A stretch of DNA of 64,000 bases from Lama glama. Lineage: Eukaryota. Shown one piece after another: positions 37,465 through 50,088 of this stretch (position 1 is its first letter; every line of letters begins with the position of its first letter). Position numbers and translations under genes: made by a program. The DNA is taken from NCBI GenBank assembly GCA_028534125.1, contig CM052817.1, forward strand, positions 103,666,001 to 103,730,000. Reading direction: 5' to 3'. The notes under the pieces were generated by a model. It ran no database searches. It was not told the DNA's origin and saw only the letters and a program-made list of their open reading frames with translations.

Positions 37465-37920
37465 AATAACCATAACAGCTGTAGCTAATAGAGTGCTTAA
37501 TAGCTGACAAGAACTGCTTTAAACACTCTGCATGATGAACAATTTCAATCCTTCAGTAGCCTTAGGAATTAGGAAAAATATTCTTCCATTTTTAAAGATG
37601 AGTAAATGTGGACATTGCACAGGGTCCTCGAGTTAGTAGGTGGCAGAACCGAGTGGGATTCGAAGTTAGACAGTCTTTTTAAAAATTTTTTGATTCTTTT
37701 ATACAAAATGAGTGATGTTTTCCTATCTTCTCATTTTTTTACTTTATTATTTTAATTTTGGGGGGGTAATTAGGTTTATTATTTATTTCTTAATGGAGGT
37801 TCTGGGGATTGAACTGCGGACCTCGTGCATGCTAAGCAGGTACTCTACCACTGAGCTCTACCCTCCCCCCATGAAGCTGGGCAGTCTTGACACAGACCCA
37901 TACTCTTGCCTTATACAATC
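37465..37920 (-). mobile_element. MIR interrupted by a SINE
   Basis: TAATAACC...GAGTGCTTA...CCATTTTTAAAGATGAG...GTAGGTGGCAGAACC...GGATTCGAA. Confidence 0.65.
37678..37872 (-). mobile_element. vic-1-like SINE with extended 3' tail
   Basis: Body at ~37735-37870; degenerate TSD GAAGTTAGACAGTCTT (37662-37677) / GAAGCTGGGCAGTCTT (37873-37888). Confidence 0.85.
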
Positions 37921-37959
37921 TGATTTACACACTCAGAAGCTATAGATGCGATTATTACT

Positions 37960-38450
37960 ATTTTTTAAATAGATTTTATTCTTTTAGAGCAGTTTCAGGT
38001 TCACAGCAGAATCGAGCAGAAAATTCAGAGTTTGCACATAGCCCTCCCCACCCACACATTTATGCTCTCCTACCCTCAACATCCCTATCAGTGTGGCATA
38101 TTTGATACAATCAATGAACCAACATGGGCCCATTATTTAGGGTTTACTCTTGATGTTGTACATTCTATGGGCTTTGACAAATGCATAATGACATGTAGCC
38201 ACCACTATAGTATCATGCAGAATAATTTCATTGACCTGAAAATCCTTTGTGCTCCATCTATTCATTCCTCCCTTCCTCCCTCTCCCCAATCCCTGGAAAC
38301 CACCATCTTTTTATTGTTTCTGTAGCTGTGCATTTTCCAGAGTGTCATTTGGTTCGAATCATACAGTTTGTAGCCTTGTCAGACTGGCTTCTTTCATTTA
38401 CTAATATGTCTTGTAAGTTTTTCTTCCATGTCTTTCATAGCTTGATAGAT
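37960..38450 (-). mobile_element. Old L1M (L1MB/MC-like) 3' end
   Basis: TTTTAGAGCAGTTTCAGGTTCACAGCA...GATGTTGTACATTCTATGGGCTTTGACAAATG...TCAGACTGGCTTCTTTCA. Confidence 0.8.
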
Positions 38451-38451
38451 C

Positions 38452-38761
38452 TTTTTTTTTTACTGCACATATATTTTTTAATTTACGTATATGTACTGTT
38501 GATTGTTTCTAAGAACGTTTAGAGCTTTAGCTTTTTAAACTTACATAGCTATCGAAGCAATAAAGCCAACCACAAAATAAGAATTAACTCAAAAAGATAC
38601 ATACACCCTGCTATTCACAGCAACATTATTTATACTTGCCAAGATATGGAAGCATCCTGAGTGCACAGCAATAGTTGAATAGATAATAGAGATGCAGCAT
38701 ATAGATATGGAATGGAATACAACTCATTCATAAAAAAGAAGGATATTTTGCCATTTGTAGC
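38452..38761. mobile_element. L1 (third 3'-end family): 3' end on minus plus an inverted ORF2-end segment on plus
   Basis: 38461-38548 matches 19870-19956. 38589-38761 CAAAAAGATACATACACCC...GCCAAGATATGGAAGCA...TTTTGCCATTTG is the ORF2 end in the opposite orientation. Confidence 0.75.
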
Positions 38762-38784
38762 CCTTCATTCACTTTTTTTTCACT

Positions 38785-39366
38785 TCAAAAACTAGAAATA
38801 GAAAGATAGACGATATGAGGCAGCAAAGGAATATCTCCCAGTCCAAGGCAGTGGGCAAGCACTGGCTCCTAACAGGAAACCTGCACAAGCCTCCTCATAA
38901 CTTAGATCTTTTCTCGGATTTTATCTTGTGCCTTGGCCTAGGAGATAATCCACTGCCTCTTCATATCATCTGTCTTTCTGTGTTTGCAGATTCCTTCCAC
39001 AGCCTTTGGGATTGTAATGTTCTTATTTCCAGTATCTGCCCCTAGTGGATGAAGCTGGTCTAGAGGCTTATGCAGGTTTCCTGGGAGGGGGAGTAGGTGC
39101 CTGCCCACTGCTGGGTGAAGCTTGGTCCTGGACCCCTGGTGGGTAGAGCTATATCTAGAGGCCTTTGTGACTCAGGAAGTCTGCTGATGGGTGTGGCTGT
39201 GTTCCCACCGTGTATGTTGTCTGGCCTGAGGCTTCCCTACAGGCTGTTGGGTGGGGCCGGGTTTGGTGCTAATGATCCAATCAAGATGTCAGCCTCCAGG
39301 AAAGCTCGTGTAGATGAACACTCCCAGAATATCTGCCACCACCTTTTACGTCCCCTGGGTGAGCAC
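38785..39366. mobile_element. Rearranged cetartiodactyl L1 5' UTR / ORF1-start fragments
   Basis: ATGAGGCAGCAAAGGAATATCTCCCAG (MRQQRNISQ, like an ORF1 start) on plus. 38900-39366 on minus carries the L1 5' UTR motifs CCTGCCCACTGCTGGGTG and CTGCTGATGGGTGTGGCTGTGTTCCC. Confidence 0.7.
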
Positions 39367-42300
39367 TGGAGAATCTCAAGGAGCTAGCATTTGTGAAAAC
39401 ATTTCAGGAATAACTGCTTTATTTTAGACTCGGTCATGCCTTCTGGGTCTATAGGCAACTTGTTGGTGACTTAGAAGACATGACAGAGAGTCACCTGCAA
39501 AAGGAAAGCTACAGAAACTAACTGTACTGTCTTAGCATGTGAATCAAATTATTTACAAGATGCCTTGTGACTTGTTTTAATAATTACTGTTTCCATTAGC
39601 AGTCTCATTGAGCGCATTTTTCCCAAAGTTGTTTTCTAATAGGCTATAGAGTATTACAGTAGTATAGTCATTATTAAACCTTGCTTTGGAACTGTTATTT
39701 TGGGATGTCTATAAAAGCTAGTAAAATACCTTTCATAAACTTGTTGGTGGCAAATTTTTTATTCATAGTTTCAGAAGCAGTGAGAGTCACTCAAGAGAAT
39801 GATAAATGAAGTCAGCGATGAAGCTAGGTAGTAAAATTTTTAACTTAGAAAGTGCAACTATAAAGTAAGTAAAGTGAGTTCCGTGTGTGTATGTGTCTTG
39901 AAAACTATTCATGATGGTTATTTCAGGAAAGGAGGTTCAAACATTTTGGCAAAATCCAAGGAATAGTTATGTAACCCATAAGATTTGGGAGGTCTTTAAA
40001 TTGGTGTGTGAGCAATATAGATATTTTAGATCAGAGAGCAATTTTCTCCAACAGATGAGGAATAGTCATAAAACAGCTCATAGGGGCTGATGTCCAATTG
40101 GCCAAGACAGTGCCTCACCTGGTTGCGGCATCTCCTGGTACCACGGTGAGGTCTGCTCTCTGGACCATTTTGTCTCAGCTTCCTCCTTGGCACAATCAAC
40201 TGCAGAAAGGGACATCGATCTAGATGTGTAAGTATTGGGGAAAGTGCTTTGTCTTATTACAACACCTAACTGTCAAGTCTTCAGTTCCAAATGTATTCAA
40301 TGGAACTTTTTATTTCTACACGGTGAGCATCAATGTTCCAAATTCAGGAAACCCAAAATAATGAATGTTGAAGTTGATGTCCCGAGTCACGAGTCGTCTC
40401 TTTGCACCTTCAGGAGAACCTCTCATGTGTCACATCTGCTGTCTGGTCAACACTGTTGACTAAAGGGAGGGAGTTTTTATTATTATCTCATTTTTAACAG
40501 ATAAAGACTCAAGGACTTAGAAAATGATACATTCACTTTGAAGAATAAAATGATATTGAATGCTCTCCAGAACAGAGATACAAATGAATTCCCAGCATGT
40601 GTGATGCTTTGAATGTTAATAATAACCCTGAGAACTGATTATTATTCGTATTAGTGGTAGCAATAGTATTATTATGATACTGTTTAAAGCTTCATTTGGT
40701 TTTATTTTTAATACCATTACTTTTTTCATGTGGGTTAGTACGATACTGTTTTGTTTTGTTTTGGTTTTTTTTTTTTTGGCATGAGATTTGATTTTTAAAA
40801 TTTTTTGTCATTTTTTTATTGAATGGAAGATTCTTGAAATTCTATAATGTGTTACAATTTTCAAAAGTTTCACACACAATTTTATATAGTCCCATAGTAC
40901 CCACTTTTGTTTTATTCACTGGTTTGTTGTACTTTTTAGGTTCCACATATAAGTGATATCCTGCAGTGTAATATCATTACTTCTGACTTGTTTCCAAAAG
41001 TTCAAGTAATACATAAGTTTATAAATAGGCAGTGAAGTCTTTACATACCATCACCTAGGATCAATAGCTGTTCACGGTTTGATATGTGAACTGCTAGGTA
41101 ATATTCTGTGATTTATACTAGTAAAAAAACTAGTATTATGCTGAACATACTGTTTGAGAGCTCTTTTTTTCCTATTTAATACATTTTGAGCATTATTCCC
41201 TGTCAGTATACGTAGATTTTAAAGGCTGCATAGTATTTTGCAATTATAAACACTGCTGCCTCAAATATCGTTGTTCATCTATCTTAAACACCAGAAAAAG
41301 AAGTTTCTGTGAGACGGACTCCTAGAGAAGGTCATTGTTAAATTTTGTTAGAGACTGACTGTTCTCATGAGCAGTGTGGCCCAATCACCTAGCTGGTAAG
41401 GGGAGAGTCTCCAGCCTACTGTCCCTGTGACTTTGTGTATTACCAGCACGATGTCTTCTCTAGATCAGCCATGGCACTTGGCATGAAGGCATCTTTCCTC
41501 TCCAGCTAACTCCTGGTGCCCCCCCCCCCCGTCTAACTGGTGCTGTGGTGGGTCTAAAGCCAGGTGGGCAATGCAATTGTCATGAGGAAGGGAGCCTGTG
41601 TAATGAATGTCCAGTGTCGGGTTAGGACAGGGTTAAGGATGAGTGTTGAGGAAAATGGGGCCATTACTATTGTGTATCTGGGAGAACACTGCTGGAGTTC
41701 TGAAATTCTGAACTTCCTCTGCTTTCTTCTCTAAATCCCGTTCACCTGATTATTCTGAATGTTTCATTCAAGTGATCACAGGGGCTTTCAGACTTCACTA
41801 ATTTTAAGTTATTGTCTTCAAATTTTTAAATAACCTTAATAAGCACAGTTACCTCATAACTTTAAGGTTTTTTTTTTACTTTCAACACATATATTTGTCT
41901 ACTGGGGCAGTTAATATGACTAAAGGTAATGCCATGAAATTTGCTGAAACGACATCATTTCAGTGAAACCAACATGATTTCATTCAAAATAGGTCCATTC
42001 TGGCAGAGAGAATTGCATTTTCCTCACATTTTTCCCTCCTTCTTGTGGCATTCCTCTGCCTCTGGTCTAAAAGAGTTTCTTGGCAGGAGGTCACCTTTAA
42101 AAGCCCTTTTCTGCCACAGCTATTTTTAGCCCTCTCTTGAATTTTTATATATACATTTTATATATAGCACTGTTCTGTATCTCAAATTATTTTGAAAAGC
42201 AAATCCATTTAATTTAACATGACTTCTCAGAAATACTTTTTCCCTTCAGTCTTACTTTGGATTATTTTTCATGGCTCATTAGGATGGGTTCCGACAACTC

Positions 42301-42394
42301 AGAACCAATGAAAAAGGAATGGTCTTGATGTCAGGAGAGCAGGGCCATGTCACTTAGCCTCTCTGAGCCTCAGGGTAGCATATAAGCCTCAACT

Positions 42395-42548
42395 GCCCCA
42401 CTTCCCCTTGGGCATCATGTCTTTGGAGCTCCCGAATGCACAAAATTAAATTTGTTTTTCTCCTGTTAATCTGTCTTATGTTGGTTTAGTTATTAGACCA
42501 GCCAAAGGATTTGGATGTGGAGAAGGGAAATTTTTTCCACCTGGACAC
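42395..42548 (+). mobile_element. ERV1-type LTR 3' fragment
   Basis: ATTAAATTTG...TTCTCCTGTTAATCTGTCTTATG...TTATTAGACCAGCCAAAG...ACA resembles MER34/MER39-like LTR ends. Confidence 0.65.
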
Positions 42549-43079
42549 CTTACTGAGTAGCAACAGTTAGATAGTGTTACCTCATCTGATTTCTTTTTTT
42601 CAATGTGGTAGAAATTATTCTATTTTTAGTTTTAAATGATTTTGAAAAATTAAATTTAAAATAAGAAAGCTGAGATTTCTGAAAATTTAAAGTTGAAATG
42701 AACGTGGGCTAAGGAAGCCCAGCCCTCTGTAAGCAGAAAAGCAAAAATCCAAACTCAAACCCTTGGATTCCATTCCCACTATTTTTATCCATTCCCCAGA
42801 CCGAGAAAGATCTAGGGCCATTGCATCCATGGTCAACGCGATTTTGCGGGGACCAAAGAAGAAACGTCATTCCATGTACTCTCTGTGTCGAGACCACGGC
42901 AAAGACTGTCTTCCAGTGAGGCTGGAACTGTGGATGAGGAGGGAACATTCTCCGTTCCTTTTCACACAACTCTTGGGTTAATACGCCTGTGTTTCCATTT
43001 AGGGAATGAATGAGTCTATGTTGATACAGACCCTTCCGTGGTGTGGATGGAGGTCCTCAGGCTGGTCTATGCGGTAGGC

Positions 43080-43200
43080 ATCATCACCTGCACTTCATTC
43101 TCTTACAGACGAGGAAACTGAGGCTTGGTGTGGTTCAGTAATTTTCCCAAGGTCACCGTTTCTAAAAGGAAGACCCAGGATTTTCACATGTGTCTATTTT
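43080..43200 (-). mobile_element. MIR core
   Basis: TTACAGACGAGGAAACTGAGGCTT...TTCCCAAGGTCAC. Confidence 0.8.
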
Positions 43201-43444
43201 TATAGCTCCTCGTAACTTGATTTGTGGCTCAGCCACTGTAATATGCACAAGATGAGACAAAATAGTACATAATCTTTTGCTACCTTCAGGTAAAACCAAA
43301 AACTAAAAATCAAACTAAAGTGAGGTCTTATATCTAGACAGCATCTCTCCATTCACTCAACTCTCAAAACCACGTGATAACAACTAATATAAATAAACTT
43401 GAAGGAATCCAGGGTCAATACTTAAAAATGATTTTCAAACTTTA

Positions 43445-43586
43445 TTACTGTATAATTTAGTTATTTTGTTTCAGGGGATAGGTAATTAGGTTTGTTAATT
43501 ATTTTAGAGGAGGTACTGGGGATGGAACCCACGACCTTGTGCATGCTAAGCATGTGTTCTACCACTTGAGCTATACCTTCTCCTCA
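43445..43586 (-). mobile_element. vic-1-like SINE
   Basis: Full body plus GGTAATTAGG tail; perfect 14-bp TSD ATTTTCAAACTTTA at 43431-43444 and 43587-43600. Confidence 0.93.
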
Positions 43587-45171
43587 ATTTTCAAACTTTA
43601 CTTGTAGTTTATGAAATCAGAAGGATCCACTGACCTAATTAAAGGTGTTTCATGCAGATCATAAATTATAAGAATTGAATGATAAAATTGGCAGATTCAT
43701 GTTTTTGTTTTAATCCTATTCTGCACATTAAAATACAAGCTGAGAGGAAGCAGGAGATCTGTTTTGACCTACTGAATCATGGGAGCTCCCAAAGTCTATT
43801 ATTGCTTATCTTTAATTCATATTTCCACTAGGGGCTGAAAGTTCTCATCTGGTTGGCTGAACAAAGTATGCTTTTTCTCTTTTTGTGGCTTGAGTCTCCT
43901 CTGTGATGGTAACTGAGATCAGATGCAGGAAAGCAACCCTCTCTGGAAAAAGAAGAAGCCTTTATTTATTCTAACTTGGGTTATCTGAAAGTCTGTCATA
44001 TCTGGAGCATTAAAATATTTCTTGCTTGACCACCCAAGAATGGCAACTGTTCAGCTGCACAGAAAATCTGTATGGAAAATCTCCTCCCTGTGGCTTTTAA
44101 AAAGCACACACAGTGAAGTCAATATGAATACAGTTCAATATGATATTCATTTGATGTAATCAAATGAATAGTGCATTTATCCAGAGTGCTAATGTAAAAG
44201 CGTTATTATCGGCAAACAGAAGACTCTTATATCCATGCTATAATGTAATAATGTATGTGAAATCTCAATAGTGGCCCTCTCTTTCGGGAAAGGGTGGTCA
44301 TTAATTGAGTTGGTTTCCCATCAGAGAGTGGATAATGGTGTTTTCCAATGGTGTTGATTTTAGTATGAACACAAAATACTGATCCGTATTATTCGTACTG
44401 ACATCTACAGTAGTAATAAGGGTATTAATTCAAGCTTCTTTTTCATTTTCCAGGTCTTTGCACTTACAATTTAGTCATAGACCTCAAAGGAAACAGATGT
44501 GAGTCAGACAACAGACAATGCCCCGGGGGAATTCACAGTTTCTTAAAGGAGACAGATGTGTCACCAGACAGTTGTAACGCAATGAGCTAAGTGCTATGTC
44601 CACTTTTCACCTCACTTTTGCCCCTCAATCAACCTCTTCATCTTATTAAAATCTAAATCCAATACATTTTTCTGTCTTAGTTGGTCCCTTGGGTACATTT
44701 CCCATTCCCACTCGCTCAAACTTGGCTTTTGGTTTCCATAACATCACTTAATCCTGTTTTCTTCCTACCTTGATAGCTACTACTATATACTCTTGTCTAA
44801 GGACTTCTGTCTGTCTTGTAGTGGCCTCCAGAGCTTACTTTTCTTTCACTTTGCACATTCACCATCATTTCACTTATCGTCTTTGAACTAATTGCAAAAT
44901 CTGAACAGCCAGAGTTGTGGAAGCACAGGGCGATGGAAATGGCAGCCTAGGAGACGATGTAGAAGAGACGAGGGAAGAAAGCCTAAAAGCTAGAGCCAAT
45001 GTGCTGTAGGGGGAAGAGAGAGTCTCACGTGGAGTCTGAGTTTTTGATTCAACTGACCATATAATTTTAGGGTTAAAGATCCCAAAGATGTCTCATAATG
45101 TTGTCTCAGATATGCTTAGATACTAGCATTTTATCTGATAGAAACTAGCAGTCTTTTTCTCAAAAACTTTC

Positions 45172-46797
45172 TTTTAGAAAATAGTGGAGTAGGCCTTGTG
45201 CCTCCTTTCAGAGACACAGTGAAATTACGACTACTTACAAAGCAACTGTCAATGAGCAACCCAAGGACTCACAGAAAACATCTAAATATAAAAAGACTAA
45301 TGAAACAAAGAAGGGAGAACAATAAGTCAGGTAGGAGGGTGGACATGCAGTATAGTCAAGACCCACATCTTGGGAGGCAACCCACAAATGGGAGGATAGT
45401 CACAATTACAGTGGTTCCCCCAAGGTGGGGGGGTTCAAGTCCCACCTGGGGCTCCACAGCCTGGAGATGCTACCCCAGGAGTGTGAGCCCCAAGAATGCT
45501 TGGCTTCAAAGGCCAATGGGATTGCTCTCAGGAAAGCCAGAAGACGGTAGAAACAAACTCCATTCTGTTTTGTTTTGTTTTGTTTTGTTTTTTCACACAA
45601 AATTTCTTATGCTCGGAGACCCAGGGCAGAAACAATAACTTAAAAAGAGCCTAGCAATACACAAATTCAATGCAGTCCCTATCAAATTACCAATGACATT
45701 TCCACAGAACTGGAACAAAAAATGTTAAACTTTGTATGGAAACACAAAAGACCATGAATAGCCAAAACATTCTCGATGAAAGGAGAATGGAACTGGGAGA
45801 GTCATTCTCCCTGGCTTCAGACTATACTACAAAGCTCAGTAATCAAAACAGTATGGCTATAAAAACAGACACCTAGATCTAAAACAGGATAGAAAGTCCA
45901 GAAGTAAACCTATGCACTTATGGTCAGTTAATTTATGACAAAGGAGGCAAGAATATACTATGAAGAAAAGACAGTCTCTTCAATAAGTGGTGCTGGGAAA
46001 ATTGGACAGCTACATGTAAGAGAATGAAATTAGAACATTTCCTCACACCATATACAAATATAAACTCAAAATGGATTAAAGACCTAAATGTAAGACTGGA
46101 TACTCTAAAACTTACAGAGGAAAACACAGGCAGGACACTCTTTGACATAAATTGCAGCAATATTTTTTGGATCCATCTCCTAGAGTAATGGAAAAAAAAA
46201 AAACAAATAAGACCTAATTCAACTTAAAAGCTTTTTCATAGCAAAGGAAACCATTGACAAAAGGAAAACACACCCTATGGAATGGGAGAAAATATTTGCA
46301 AACCATATGACCAGTAAGCAATTAATTTCCAAAATATACAAACAGCACATACAGCTCAATATTAAAAAAACCAACAACTCAATCAAAAAATAAGCAGAAG
46401 ACTTAAATAGAAATTTCTCCACAGAAGACATACAGATGACCAACAGGTACATGAAAAGATGTTCAACATCACTGATTACTAGATAAATACAAATCAGAAC
46501 TACCCTGAGGTATCACCTCACACCAGTCAGAATGGCCATCAGCAAAAAGTTAACAAATAATAATTGCTGGAGAGGATGTGGAGAAAAGGGAACCCTCTTA
46601 CACTGTTAGTGGGAATGTAAATTGGTGCCACCATTATGGAGAACAGTATGGTGGTTCCTTAAAAAATCTAAAAATAGACTTATCATATGATCCAGCAATC
46701 CCACTCCTGGACATATACCCAGAAAAGACAAAAACTCTAGTTCAAAAAGATACATGCACCCTCAATGTTTGTAGCAGAACTATGTACAATAGCCAAG
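45172..46797 (+). mobile_element. Internally deleted L1: 5' UTR (45172-45654) fused to the 3' part of ORF2 (45655-46797)
   Basis: The 5' part resembles cetartiodactyl L1 5' UTRs (AAAATAGTGGAGTAGG, ACCCACAAATGGGAG, TTGGCTTCAAAGGCCA, GACCCAGGGCAGAA). The 3' part reads as ORF2 (AATGCAGTCCCTATCAAA...; ORF 46578 [15 protein letters not shown]...YDPAIPLL). Confidence 0.8.
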
Positions 46798-47238
46798 TTT
46801 TCCTCCATGAAAATGTTATCAATGAACACTTTCTCCAACAATATATGAAGATTTTTATGCTACTATTCACAAGTTATCAATATTATCAAAGATTGTGTGT
46901 TATCAGAGATTTTGATCTTTAATAAATTTTATTTCAAATCAATACAGGCTAAGAGTAAAAAGTAAAAATGCTGAAATAGTACAGAAGAATAGAGTGGTGA
47001 TTGAAAGCACCCAAGTCTTTTGGATCCCTCATTTGCAACTTCCAAAAGTAGTTGTGTTTACCAGCATCATGCATATATTTTCAGAAGCTTCCAATACAGA
47101 TATAAGCATTATATATATATATGTTCATACACAAGTGTAAACATAATAATACTTTACAACTTACTTTTTCACTTGATAATACAGCATAGATAATGGTCCA
47201 GTCAATAAATATGATACTGCTTTATTATACATATTTTT

Positions 47239-47823
47239 AACACCTTTATTGTGGTATGATTCCTGTACAGTAAACTACACGTAATTCAGATGTATAATTT
47301 GACGAATTTTGATAGATTCATAGACCAATGAAACCACCACCACAATCAAGATAGCTAACATTTCCATCACTCCCCAGGAGGTACAAATCTCAAATTCCTA
47401 ACTTATCCCTTCCCACTCCCTTTACCCACTGGTAAATATAGTTTGTTCTCTATGTCTGTGAGTCCGTTTCTTTTTTGTAGATAACTTTATCTGTGTCCTT
47501 TTTTTTTAGACTCCAAATATAAGTGATATCATATGGTATTTTTTCTTTCTCTTTCTGACTTCACTTCACTTAAAATGACAATCTCCAGGTCCATCCATAT
47601 TGCTGCAAATGGCATTATTTTATTCTTTTTTATGGCTGAGTAGTATTCCATTATGCATAAATATACCACGACTTCTTTATCCACTCATCTGTCAATGGAC
47701 AGTTAGGTTGTTTCTGTGTCTTGGCTATTGTAAATAGTGCTGCTGTGAACATTGGGGTGCATGTGTCTTTTCGAATTCTATTTTCCTCTAGATATATGCC
47801 CGTGAGTGGAGTCGCTGGATCAC
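47239..47823 (-). mobile_element. Chimeric L1 insertion: young L1 body (47378-47823) plus old L1MB-like 3' terminus (47239-47377)
   Basis: A perfect 15-bp TSD ATTATACATATTTTT (47224-47238 and 47824-47838) encloses both parts. Confidence 0.75.
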
Positions 47824-49183
47824 ATTATACATATTTTTTAATGGCTACTCAGTAGAATAGATACCCTGGATTTTTGGCCTAGTTTGTACAGATTAAAGTT
47901 TAAAGTATTCTAAGGATTTTAATTGCAAATAAGGCTGCAATGTACAGCTTTATATATGCATCTTATTTGTTAGTGCAAATACATTTCTGACAGTCAAAAG
48001 ATATGTGCAGCTTAGAATTTTGATAGTTCTTTCCAAGTTACCCTCTAGAAAGGTTGAGTGCTATTCTTCAAATTAGCTCTTTAGCTTCTCTACCTCCTGC
48101 TGTCCTTTATCATTATTACTTGTTTTGTTTGCAGAATCAGTGTTTGTTCAGCTGATGTGGAATGGTGTGTGTTCTAATGGGATGTGACACTGGGAAAATT
48201 AACAACCTTTCCACCACCATCGGAGATTCTCCACAATTCTGAGACTTGTACAGAAAGCCATGTGCTGCAAACCAGTGCATTTCAGTTCTCTGGCAAGGCC
48301 TGCGTTACAATTGGCTACCTGGGACGAAATGACAGTGCAACCCTTATGCTACTGAGGTTAACAGAGAACTTGGCGACTTAAAAAATTTTTGTACTCATAG
48401 GTCCCTCTCCTACTGAAACTGTTTCCCCTATGCGTCCTCAATTCTTCATTGTGACTCAGAGTTGCTGTTACAGCAAATGAGTTGTCATGAATTTTGCATT
48501 ATGGTGATCACCCTTAAACATCTTTGTACACAGCCTAAGCTCAGGAGACAGAATTATTTACATACATTTTCAATCTATTTAAAAACAATATATACCTAGT
48601 CATTCAATGGCTCATTTATTCTGTGGTCTTGATAGAAAAACTGGGCAAACGTAATACAATAGTTTGCTCATTGATTGCAGGGATACAATGGAAGGAACCA
48701 TAAAATAAATTACTCCTCATACAGATTTAAAGGTTGGCAGGGACAGAATCCACCAAAGTTGTTGTTGTTTTGTTTTCCCTCCGGGTAGGAAAACTATTTA
48801 TTGTGTGTCTGTACCTGATCTATCCTATCTGTCAAGTGACTGTCCTTCACTTACTTTGGGAAGTGTTTCCTTCCACCATTTTATAGGGAAGAGCTAGCTG
48901 GTAAAAGCACCCCACTTTGTAGTTTCTAGACTCATAGGCGCTGCTCATGATGACTTGACAGGACAGTTATTTCAGTACCAGGCTGGAGGATGGACAGTAG
49001 GAGCAATTATAAAATATAATCACCTTGTTATGCTGGAGATTAGGCAGAAAGAGAACGGAGGGCACCTGAAGGCATTGTGTCTGGTGTTCATTTCAGGAAG
49101 AGGAATCTGGTAAGAACTAAAGGTTCAGGAAGGTCAAGACCAAATGAAGTGAGACAGGACGAACTGTGGCTTGAGTCTAAGAC

Positions 49184-49380
49184 AGTGATTCCCATGCTGA
49201 ATGATCATAAAATCATATGATGATGTTTGTTGAAAAGCAGATTCTGAGATCTCACTGGAGATTCCAATTGAGGAATCATGCATAGGGTGGATGGAGGGAG
49301 AGGAGTGGCTCGGAATCTACTATTCAGCCAATGATCCTGCTGCAGATCGTCTGTGTCTCTGCATGTTGAGATAGTCAGCA
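49184..49380. mobile_element. MER5A-like MITE (degenerate)
   Basis: CAGTGATTCCCA...AAAAGCAGATTCTGAGATCTCAC...GGAATCT. Confidence 0.5.
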
Positions 49381-49607
49381 TCTGGAGCGCTCCCTCAGTC
49401 TAGGGGGTCAGAGGTTTAACCAGAGCATCTCTGGCAAGCAGGGCTGTTGCACTCCATTTCTAGGCGGGGGACGCTTCTTCCATCTGCTTTAATCTGCACG
49501 GGAGATCTGAGTCATTCTTGCACATGAAACTGAGCTCTGGTGGAAAGAGAGCTACAAACTTGGGGATACCTCATATCTTACACCAAAAGAAGATAAAATC
49601 AAATTAG

Positions 49608-50088
49608 TGCAGTCTTCCGTTTACAGTTTGACTTACGATTTTTCAACTTTATGATGTTGCGAAAGTGAGAGGCATTCAGTAGGAACTGTACTTTGCATTT
49701 TGAGTTTTGGACTTTGGTCTTTTCCTGGGCTAGTGATCTGGCGTAGGTCCTCTCCCATGATGCTGGCCAGCGAGCGGCAGTGAGCGCAGTGCCCAGGCAG
49801 CCCTCCCATCATGAGGGTAGAGAGCCACTCTGTTTTTCACTCTCAGGGCAATATTCAATAAATTACATGAGATATTCAGCACTCCATTGTAAAATAGGCC
49901 TTGTGTTGGATGATTGTGCCCAATTGTATGTAGGCTAACGTAAGTGTTCTGAGCATATGTAAGGTCAGTGAGGCTAAACTAGGATGTTCAGTAGGTGAGA
50001 CGTATTCAAGGCATATTTGACTTAACTATATTCCACTGTCAATGGGAGGCTGGGGGCGTAACCCCTGGTAAGCGGAGGAAGATTTGTA
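49608..50088 (-). mobile_element. Tigger5/MER47-type TcMar DNA transposon
   Basis: The reverse complement contains TGCTCAGAACACTTACGTTAGCCTAC...GGCCTATTTTACAAT...GAATATCTCATGTAATTTATTGAATA; GACTTACGATTTTTCAACTTTATGATG lies near the other terminus. Confidence 0.75.

Noticed and set aside
42790..42981. CpG-containing stretch after a CCCCAG acceptor
   Set aside because: No convincing donor and no recognisable peptide.
754..43586. Strand bias of SINEs (7 of 8 on minus)
   Set aside because: Two-sided binomial p is about 0.07, and L1 orientations are mixed.
44454..44504. 45-nt exon candidate (TTTTCCAG...GAT|GTGAGT)
   Set aside because: It runs into L2-like sequence and has no supporting homology, so a chance splice-site pair is likely.
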